Origin: an uncultured Chlorobiota bacterium
GTDB lineage: Bacteria > Bacteroidota > Bacteroidia > Bacteroidales > JAADGE01
Length of the DNA stretch: 64,000 nt
Assembly: GCA_947311255.1 (NCBI GenBank)
Contig: CAMZKL010000005.1
Span: 19,897 to 83,896, forward strand
Direction of reading: 5' to 3'
In this document: positions 28,291 to 35,789 of the stretch, in pieces
Layout of the letters: every line of letters starts with the position of its first letter
Numbering within the stretch: the first letter of the stretch is position 1
The notes under the pieces: model-generated
The model's input: the letters and a program-made list of their open reading frames with translations, nothing else
What the model was told of the DNA's origin: nothing
Database searches by the model: none
Program-made: the position numbers and the translations under genes

Positions 28291-28388
28291 TGCCGTTTTC
28301 TCAATTATAATAGGGAAAATTTAGTGTTTCTTTGGTGTCGTTTTAATATTTATATATGGTTTTTTTAGTTTATTTAATTGGGAAAATT
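28291..28388. promoter_or_regulatory. paired direct repeats in the divergent control region of the fibre locus
   Basis: TG(C/T)CGTTTT at 28291 and 28336. Exact GGGAAAATT at 28313 and 28380. Confidence 0.35.
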
Positions 28389-28400
28389 AATATATTTTTT

Positions 28401-28408
28401 TAAATTTG
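28401..28408 (+). promoter_or_regulatory. candidate -7 box (TAAATTTG) for the chaperone-like gene
   Basis: TAnnTTTG match 40 bp upstream of ATG 28449. Confidence 0.4.
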
Positions 28409-28448
28409 AAAATTTTAATGAAAAGAAAATTAATAAAACCCAAAAAAA

Positions 28449-29282
28449 ATGCTTAAATACATTGGCTTATTTATACTGATTTTTTTTAATATAAATAAAA
28501 ACATATACTCTCAAGACTTTGAAGTTTCTCCTGTTATAATGGAATTTTCCGTTGATGAGGGAGAGTCTCAAACAAAATTATTGTCTGTTAAAAACCACTC
28601 TAATTTTAAAACATCTTTTACTGTAACTTTTGCAGATTTCACAGTTGATGTGAACGGCAATAAACAGCTTATGAAAAAAAATTCTTCTAAAAATTCATGT
28701 GCAGACTGGATAACAATTGAAAAAACTTTTTTTGAGATAAATCCAAATGAACAAATTAATCTTAAAGTTACATTAGAATCTCCTGCAGAAGACAACACTT
28801 CAAGATGGGCAATAATGTATATTCAAACAGTAAAAGAACAAGTTAGTTTTGATGTGGACAAATCGGCTATTGGCGCAGGTATTAATTTAAGTGGAAGAAT
28901 TGCCGTTCATGTTTTCAGAAAACCAGTTTCAGATGCAAAATCTGACTTAACAATTAAGTATTTGAAAGAAAGTAAGAGTACAGACTCAATCGGTCGTGTT
29001 TTTTCAGCTGTAATTGAAAACAAAGGACAACTTATAGAAAAATGTAAAGTTACTTTTATTGCATCCGACATGACTACCGCTGAGGAAATAAGGTTTGATC
29101 CTATTTATTTAGAATCATACCCAAATTGCAAAAGAAATGTTAAGTTTACTTTGCCTAAAACAATGATGCCCGGAAAATATGAATTAGTTGCCCTTTTAGA
29201 TTATGGCAAAGCTACCACAATTAAAGGAGTTAGATTGAAAGAAACTCTCTTAATTCTTGATAAGAAAAAAGAAAAAGAATAA
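28449..29282 (+). CDS. secreted two-domain Ig-like protein, PapD-like periplasmic chaperone candidate
   Basis: Signal peptide. FEVSPVIMEFSVDEGESQTKLLSVKNHS opening strand pair. GRIAVHVFRKP resembles the sRIKLfYRP end-of-domain-1 signature of pilus chaperones. A second beta domain follows (SAVIENKGQLIEKCKVTF). Confidence 0.55.
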   Translation: MLKYIGLFILIFFNINKNIYSQDFEVSPVIMEFSVDEGESQTKLLSVKNHSNFKTSFTVTFADFTVDVNGNKQLMKKNSSKNSCADWITIEKTFFEINPNEQINLKVTLESPAEDNTSRWAIMYIQTVKEQVSFDVDKSAIGAGINLSGRIAVHVFRKPVSDAKSDLTIKYLKESKSTDSIGRVFSAVIENKGQLIEKCKVTFIASDMTTAEEIRFDPIYLESYPNCKRNVKFTLPKTMMPGKYELVALLDYGKATTIKGVRLKETLLILDKKKEKE

Positions 29283-29307
29283 TATAAAAACACTATAGTT
29301 TTATACT

Positions 29308-30411
29308 ATGAATAAGCATATTGTCTTCCTTACTTTTTATATATTCTTTTTGCCAATTTTAACTTATGCCCAAAAAAGTTTTGTGAGTTATTACTCTGAC
29401 ACAAATAATCGTGTAAAAGAAAAATATTTTGCTGAAATTAAAGCTAATGACACAATAAAAAATGGAAAATATACATTCTTTTCTAAAAATGGGACAAAAT
29501 TACAAGAAGGAACTTTCTTAAATAATAGTTTAGAAGGAAATTGGATTTTATATTATAATACGGGAGAAGTAAAATCCAAAATTCATTTTCTTGAAAACAA
29601 TAAAAATGGTAATTTTTATCACTATTATAAAACTGGAGAGTTAAAACAAGAGGGCAGGTATAAAAACAATTTACCCGAAGGAAAAGTTACAACTTATTAT
29701 TTGAATGGAAAAATTAAAATTATAGGGCACTACAAAAATGGAAAATTAAACGGAACAGTTGAAAAATTTAAAGAAGACGGATTAAAAGAAGAATTAATTA
29801 CATATAAAGATAATAGAATTGAAGGTTATTTTGAAACCTATTATGATACAGGAGAATTAAACTATAAAGGAAAAAAAAAGGAAGATTTATATTTTGATAC
29901 TCTATATGTTTATTATAAAAATAACAACTTGCAAAGGAAATGTTTTTATGAAAACGGCAAACTAAATAGCAAGTTTTATGCGTTTTATAAAAACAAAACT
30001 TTAAGCGGACTTTATCATTATAAAAATGGGCTAATCAGTGGTGAATATAAAGTTTATCATGCAAATGGAATAATTGCCGAAGAAGGTCAGTATATTGAAG
30101 ATAAGAGAATTGGACATTGGAAATCATATTACCCTAATAAAAAGATATTTTCTGAAGGAAATTACCTGAATGGGAAATTTGAAGGCCTTTGGAAAGTTTA
30201 TTTCCCAAATGGGAACTTAAAACAAACTGGCAAATTCCAGAATGGATTAGCAGTAGGGAAATGGGAATTTTACTATGAAAATGGTCAAATTTCCTCAAGA
30301 GGAAATTATAAAGAAGATTTTAAAACAGGAATTTGGGTTTTTTATAACGAAAAAGGAAAAAAATCAATGATTAAAAAATATCTTCTTGGTAAAATAATAA
30401 ATATAGAATAA
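29308..30411 (+). CDS. secreted MORN-repeat-variant (YwqK-like) protein
   Basis: Signal peptide plus about 13 tandem ~23-aa repeats (G.w..YY.nGk.k.eG.y.ng...G). Confidence 0.8.
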   Translation: MNKHIVFLTFYIFFLPILTYAQKSFVSYYSDTNNRVKEKYFAEIKANDTIKNGKYTFFSKNGTKLQEGTFLNNSLEGNWILYYNTGEVKSKIHFLENNKNGNFYHYYKTGELKQEGRYKNNLPEGKVTTYYLNGKIKIIGHYKNGKLNGTVEKFKEDGLKEELITYKDNRIEGYFETYYDTGELNYKGKKKEDLYFDTLYVYYKNNNLQRKCFYENGKLNSKFYAFYKNKTLSGLYHYKNGLISGEYKVYHANGIIAEEGQYIEDKRIGHWKSYYPNKKIFSEGNYLNGKFEGLWKVYFPNGNLKQTGKFQNGLAVGKWEFYYENGQISSRGNYKEDFKTGIWVFYNEKGKKSMIKKYLLGKIINIE

Positions 30412-30599
30412 AAAGATTAACTTTTAATATCTGAAACACTAATAACAAAAAATTTGACGCACAAGGGCATAACTATTATTCAGCACAATGATTGCTTACA
30501 TACAAAAGCAAGTGTTTCTATGTGCAAAGCAAAACAATTATTGTAAATATATATTTAATCAACTTATTGAACAATAATTAATTAGACAAATATAGACAT

Positions 30600-31772
30600 A
30601 TGAAAGATTTTATTTCAAATAATTTTTATATAGAAAAAGAAACAAATGTTTCTCAAATTGATTTAGCATATAAAATGACTGAATCAGTAGATAAAGAATA
30701 CGTTGAATATGTCTATAGAGGCAATTTTTCTGAAAAAATAACAGAAAGTATATTAGGACTAACAGATGCAAAGTTTGTCAATGATAAAGATGTTTCGGGA
30801 AGCAGGAAGAAGATATCTTCTATTTTAATTGAAGCACTTCAAAATGTAATAAGACATCAAGATAAATCTGAGGATGAAGATGTTGACAACAAAAGCCTTT
30901 TTGTTATACAAAAAACAAAAGACTCTATATTTATTAGTACCGGAAATGTAATTGAAAATAAAAATATATTAGAACTTGAACAATACTTGTCAGAAATAAA
31001 GAGTCATAATAATGAAAGTTTAAAGAAAGCATACCAGAAAAAAATGACAGATGGTATTATTTCTGAAAAAGGTGGAGGAGGTCTTGGTATAATTGGAATG
31101 GCAAGAAGAACAAAAGGTAGGGTTGATTATTATTTTAAAAAAATAAATGATTCATATTCTTATTTTTATTTTCAAATAAGATTAGTTTTTTCTGACACTT
31201 TCAAAGAAGTAATAAATGACAAATTGTTTAATTTAAAAAGAATATCAAAATTTCATGATTTACTAAATGAAGAAAATATTCTTCTTAATTTTAACGGTTC
31301 TTTTGCTTTTGAAAATCTCACACACCTTTTGCCAATAATTGAATCTCATTCGATTGGAGGTGATAAAATAAAAAAGAAAGTATTTGATTTCACAGTAAAA
31401 GCCCTAAGGAATATTATTGATTTCGCAGATAAATTTGAAGATGAAAAAGGGAATACTCCCAAAAAGCGAAATAGTAGAGGAGTGTTTTTATTAAATAAAA
31501 AAGGGAAAAAACTATATTTAACTGCTGGAAATCTTATTTTAAATGATAAAGCAATAATATTAGGTAGTAAAATAAGAATTATTAACAAAACAAATCCTGA
31601 TGGGTTAATAAAAATACGAGATTATATTGAGCAATTTTATGCATTTGATGTTTCTAAAAAACCTGATTTAAATTTAATAGATATGAAGTTGAAAAATGAT
31701 AATAATATCTATTACCTTTTTAAAAACATAAATCCTAAAACTTCTTATTTTATTCTGCAGTTAGTAATATAA
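30600..31772 (+). CDS. SiaB-like HATPase serine/threonine kinase fused to a degenerate second copy (kinase-pseudokinase tandem)
   Basis: The N-half has ILIEALQNVIRH (N-box) and GGGGLGIIGMARRT (G-box), as in RsbW/SpoIIAB/SiaB kinases. The C-half aligns with it (FNGSFAFENL..., VKALRNII, LYLTAGNLI) but lacks the G-box. Confidence 0.7.
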   Translation: MKDFISNNFYIEKETNVSQIDLAYKMTESVDKEYVEYVYRGNFSEKITESILGLTDAKFVNDKDVSGSRKKISSILIEALQNVIRHQDKSEDEDVDNKSLFVIQKTKDSIFISTGNVIENKNILELEQYLSEIKSHNNESLKKAYQKKMTDGIISEKGGGGLGIIGMARRTKGRVDYYFKKINDSYSYFYFQIRLVFSDTFKEVINDKLFNLKRISKFHDLLNEENILLNFNGSFAFENLTHLLPIIESHSIGGDKIKKKVFDFTVKALRNIIDFADKFEDEKGNTPKKRNSRGVFLLNKKGKKLYLTAGNLILNDKAIILGSKIRIINKTNPDGLIKIRDYIEQFYAFDVSKKPDLNLIDMKLKNDNNIYYLFKNINPKTSYFILQLVI

Positions 31773-31799
31773 GTTAATGTATGTTTTTATTAACTTTTT

Positions 31800-33305
31800 T
31801 CAGGCTTTATGTGTATCCCTTAACAAATCATTGACGTTTTTTACAGGATTAAAAGTTGAAACAGGAACTTCTGCAAAAACTGTATTCCACTTTGCCATAG
31901 CACCATTCCATAGTCCGGGGAGTTCTTGTGCTTTTAGATTTTTTCCATCTTTAGACTTTTGTGAAATAAAACCTGTTTCAGCATCAACATATTTAGTTAA
32001 ATCAAAAGAATTTCCTTCAAAATCCTTAACTGCCAGAATCAAATCAACAGGGTTAAAATGAGTTGCATTTTCAACAATTTTCACTTTATTTTTATTATTC
32101 ATATCAATTTGAACACCTTCCACAATCTGCAAAGAAGCTGAACCACTATCCTTTTTAACAAAAAAAGGTCCTCCACCCGGTTCTCCTTCATTTCTTACCA
32201 TTCCACATACTCTTATTGGACGATTTAGCTTTGAAATTAGATAATCTACTTTTTCTAAGTTATTTTTAGATGTAAATTTATTATCAAGAGTAATAAAAAG
32301 CTCAGTTTCAAGAAAACTTTTAACTTCATTTATCAAACTAATTTCCGGATTTTTAAGAAGTCTTTTTATATAATCAAAAACTTGATTTCGTTTATTAATT
32401 AAAATTCCTGCCAATGCTTTTTTATAAACTACCGTATCTCTTTTTAACTTCTCCGGAACAACATTGTCAATATTTTTCACAAAAATTATATCAGCTTCAA
32501 TATCATTTAAGTTTTCAATTAATGCACCATGCCCACCGGGTCTAAAAAGAATATCTCCATTTAATTCTCTAAAAGGAACATTTTCTAAATCAACTGCAAT
32601 TGTATCAGTTTCAGGCTTTTGCACCGAAAACTCAATATTAAAAACAACATTATATTTTTCTTCATATATATGCTTAATTTCATTAATATGATTTTCAAAT
32701 CCAACTTGATGCTCTGGAGAAACCGTAAAATGAATGTTTACTTTTCCGCCAAAATTAGAATATTCGGCACCTTCAACTAAATGTTCTTCTGCAGGAGTTC
32801 TTGATGTATTTTTATATTTATGAAATTTTAACAAGCCTTTTGGTAAATTACCATAATTTAAACCTATTGGTTCTAATAAATTCTCTAAAATTTCTTTATA
32901 ATCGGTTTTAAAATTAATATCATTCCTACAAACAGATTTTAAGTCTGAAAAAAAAGCAAAATTTTCAATTTCTTTAAAAAAATTAAAAACAGAATTAAAA
33001 CCCTTGTCTTCCAACACTTGATTTTTACTATCCTTAAATTCAAATAATTGTTTAAACATCCTGCTTGCAGCACCCGAAGCCGGAACAAATTTTACAGTCT
33101 TTTCTTTTTTTAATGTTTTTTCATACTTTTTAACAAAACTGTCAAGATCCTCTTCTTTTATTTTAATTATTCCATCATTAATTGTTGCAGCTTTAGTTAT
33201 GTTTACAAAAGGAAATCCTTTTTTAAAGTTTTCTATTTGAATATTTATTTTTTCTTCACTTATTCCTTTTTCAGAAAATTGTTTTAAATCTTTATCTGTA
33301 AACAT
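31800..33305 (-). CDS. DUF4301-like protein with UDP-sugar-pyrophosphorylase-like nucleotidyltransferase motifs
   Basis: 501 aa. FVPASGAASRMF and RPGGHGAL resemble UGPase-family motifs. The N-terminal FTDKDLKQFSEKGISEEKI...GFPF is as I recall for DUF4301. Confidence 0.65.
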   Translation of the reverse strand: MFTDKDLKQFSEKGISEEKINIQIENFKKGFPFVNITKAATINDGIIKIKEEDLDSFVKKYEKTLKKEKTVKFVPASGAASRMFKQLFEFKDSKNQVLEDKGFNSVFNFFKEIENFAFFSDLKSVCRNDINFKTDYKEILENLLEPIGLNYGNLPKGLLKFHKYKNTSRTPAEEHLVEGAEYSNFGGKVNIHFTVSPEHQVGFENHINEIKHIYEEKYNVVFNIEFSVQKPETDTIAVDLENVPFRELNGDILFRPGGHGALIENLNDIEADIIFVKNIDNVVPEKLKRDTVVYKKALAGILINKRNQVFDYIKRLLKNPEISLINEVKSFLETELFITLDNKFTSKNNLEKVDYLISKLNRPIRVCGMVRNEGEPGGGPFFVKKDSGSASLQIVEGVQIDMNNKNKVKIVENATHFNPVDLILAVKDFEGNSFDLTKYVDAETGFISQKSKDGKNLKAQELPGLWNGAMAKWNTVFAEVPVSTFNPVKNVNDLLRDTHKA

Positions 33306-33403
33306 ATATTTTAAAGTTTAAATGACCTATTTCTACAAAAGTAGGTATTTTAAAGTTTCTTGCCTTAATTTATCAAAATTATTTTATAATTAATATCTTT
33401 TTA

Positions 33404-33411
33404 TAAGTTTG
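33404..33411 (+). promoter_or_regulatory. candidate -7 box (TAAGTTTG)
   Basis: TAnnTTTG match 37 bp upstream of ATG 33449. Confidence 0.4.
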
Positions 33412-33448
33412 TAATTGTTAAATATTACAATTAATTAAAAATTGACAC

Positions 33449-33946
33449 ATGAAAAAACTTATAACAATTAGCAGTGCATTAATTTTATTTTTAATGTTCT
33501 CGCAATGTGGGCCTACATCTGAACAGGCAATGGAATATAATGATAAATTAATTACAGATCAACTTGCTGTTATAAATGCTATCAATGATGTAGATAATGC
33601 GTTTACAACTTATGATCCTGCAAAAATAGGACCTGCAATTATTGTCGCAAAAAACAAAGTTGAAGAATCTATGAAGGCACTTGAAAAATTAGGAGGTTTT
33701 GATAAAACAACTGAGTTTAAAGACGCAACTATGAGTCTTTATAAGTTATTTAAAGAGCAATTAGAGAATGAATATTCCGAACAACTTCAAATATATAAAT
33801 TACCAGAAGAAGAATATACAACAGAACAGCAAGATAGATACAATGAGTTGCAAAAGTTAATTGACGATAAATACACTCTTGTTTTTAATAAATTTGCAGC
33901 AATTCAAGTTGAATTTTCTAAAAAATGGAATTTTACATTAGAATAA
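33449..33946 (+). CDS. hypothetical secreted/lipoprotein, helical
   Basis: Signal peptide ending in ..MFSQCGP. 165 aa with no recognisable motif. Confidence 0.65.
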   Translation: MKKLITISSALILFLMFSQCGPTSEQAMEYNDKLITDQLAVINAINDVDNAFTTYDPAKIGPAIIVAKNKVEESMKALEKLGGFDKTTEFKDATMSLYKLFKEQLENEYSEQLQIYKLPEEEYTTEQQDRYNELQKLIDDKYTLVFNKFAAIQVEFSKKWNFTLE

Positions 33947-33962
33947 TCTTAAAACAAATTAA

Positions 33963-34223
33963 CGGGACTTCTAAAAATTAACTCGCATTAAGATTTTCAG
34001 AATTTTCATAGGCGATTTAATTTTTGGAAGTACTATCGGAATAATACAATGAAAATTAAAGAAGTATATAGGAAATTCTAAAAACCATTTGGGAACAAAT
34101 ATAACAAGCAATCTGACTTCCTAATATTTTATTTAAAATAACTCACTATTATATAAAAAATATTAGTCGCATCTTATTTCTTATATTTTGTTTTTTGGTA
34201 GAAATGAATTTTCAGAAGTCCCC
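33963..34223. mobile_element. MITE-like element candidate (261 bp) with terminal inverted repeats and TTAA flanks
   Basis: Left end CGGGACTTCT, right end AGAAGTCCCC (9/10 inverted). TTAA lies immediately outside both ends (33959-33962 and 34224-34227). Contains an internal ~22-bp imperfect hairpin (33964-34033). No ORF. Confidence 0.3.
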
Positions 34224-34269
34224 TTAAGAATACAAAATATTTGTTAAATATAAAATATTACGGTTTTGT

Positions 34270-35772
34270 TTAGAAAATCTTAACACCCATAATAAGGGCA
34301 TCATCAGTTCTTTGTTGTTTGCCTCTCCAATTTCTAAAGGCCTTCTTAATTTTTTCTTTTTGAAAACTAAGAGGTTCTTCAGAATATGTAATTAATAATT
34401 CCTGAAGCCTATTCAATGTAAATTTCTTATTTGCTTTCCCTCCAAATTGATCAATTATTCCATCAGTAAACATATAAATCGTATCATTTTCTTTAAGGTC
34501 AATATGTTGATTCTTAAAACTTGTCATGGAAATAAAAGTTCCAATTGGCATCTTATCGGAACTAAAATATGTAATCTCATTATTTCTAATAAGAATTAAA
34601 GGTAAATTAGCACCCGAAAAATTAAGTTGTTTTGTTTTAGTATTAATAATACTTAAAGCAATATCAAAGCCATCGTTTGTAATTGGTCTTTTGTTTTTTG
34701 GGTCTAATGAAACAATTATTTTTTCTCTTAAAATATTTAAAACTTCTGCAGGATTTTCATTTTCGTAATTATCAATTACTTCCTTAAGCATTGTTATACC
34801 AAGCATAGACATAAAACCACCGGGAATTCCATGTCCAGTACTATCTGCAATTGCAATTATTAAATTATTATCTTTTTTTGTAAAATAATAAAAATCTCCA
34901 CTAATTTTGGATTTTGGAAGATAGAAAATGAAGTTCTCTTTACAATTTTTATTAATAATATCTATTGATGGAAGAACAGCTTTTTGTATTTTTTGAGCAT
35001 ATAAAATACCATCATTTATATATTCATTTTGATTTTCAAGAATTTGCCTTTGCTTATTTAACTCTCTATTTGTATTTTCAAGCGTTAAATTTGTTTTTTT
35101 ATATAAATTTGTATAAATATAAAACAATGAAGAAACTCCAACAAGTACACTCACAAAACTCAACGTAATATCAAACAACCTGTCTGTCGGACTTGGATAA
35201 TCAAATATCTTTTCAGGAAACTTATATTCAAAAACTAATAAAAAAACAGACAAAAAAACAACGAATGAAACTATTGGAATTATTATAGATCTTTTATTTA
35301 TAACAGCAATTGCAAATGTTAAATAAGCAAATATATAATATTGAAATCCGCCGGAAGAACCTCCATTTCCAATCCACATAACAGGAGTATAAATTACTAA
35401 ACTTACAAATAGAGAAATGTAAACAGGAATCTCAAACATTCCTTTTATTCTCGATAAATAATATGCAAAAATTAAAATTACTGATGTCCCAATGGTTGCA
35501 GTAACTGTAATCTCTGGTAAACCTAAAAGATAATTGAATATAGAAGATTGTATTCCTAAAAAAATTGCAATTAATATAACAGCATTAGAAACTCTGTGCT
35601 TTAGCTCAAACTTGTTTGGATTACCTAATATTTTTATTAAAAACTTATTCAAATGCCATGTTATTATAAAGGTGCTAATATTTAAAATAAAAAAGTAAAA
35701 GTGTTTTTTAAAAAAAACTTTGGATAAAGCCTGTTTGTAGTATATTTTAGGAGATACAAATATTTTAAACAA
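34270..35772 (-). CDS. polytopic-membrane PP2C/SpoIIE-family protein phosphatase
   Basis: About 7 N-terminal TM helices and a coiled coil, then SGDFYYF, ADSTGHGIPGGFMS, TDGIIDQFG and TDDALIMGVKI. The track start is TTG. The first in-frame ATG would remove several TM helices, so the N-terminus is uncertain. Confidence 0.8.
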   Translation of the reverse strand: MFKIFVSPKIYYKQALSKVFFKKHFYFFILNISTFIITWHLNKFLIKILGNPNKFELKHRVSNAVILIAIFLGIQSSIFNYLLGLPEITVTATIGTSVILIFAYYLSRIKGMFEIPVYISLFVSLVIYTPVMWIGNGGSSGGFQYYIFAYLTFAIAVINKRSIIIPIVSFVVFLSVFLLVFEYKFPEKIFDYPSPTDRLFDITLSFVSVLVGVSSLFYIYTNLYKKTNLTLENTNRELNKQRQILENQNEYINDGILYAQKIQKAVLPSIDIINKNCKENFIFYLPKSKISGDFYYFTKKDNNLIIAIADSTGHGIPGGFMSMLGITMLKEVIDNYENENPAEVLNILREKIIVSLDPKNKRPITNDGFDIALSIINTKTKQLNFSGANLPLILIRNNEITYFSSDKMPIGTFISMTSFKNQHIDLKENDTIYMFTDGIIDQFGGKANKKFTLNRLQELLITYSEEPLSFQKEKIKKAFRNWRGKQQRTDDALIMGVKIF

Positions 35773-35789
35773 ATTTACATAATAAAAAA

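Noticed and set aside
30433-30518. An 8-bp inverted repeat GAACACT-type pair (GAAACACT / AGTGTTTC) and a 6-bp hairpin TTGCTT/AAGCAA in the 188-bp gap upstream of the SiaB-like gene.
   Set aside because: The stems are too short and too far apart to distinguish from chance. The region is slightly G+C-richer and lacks a -7 box, so a leader function cannot be excluded.
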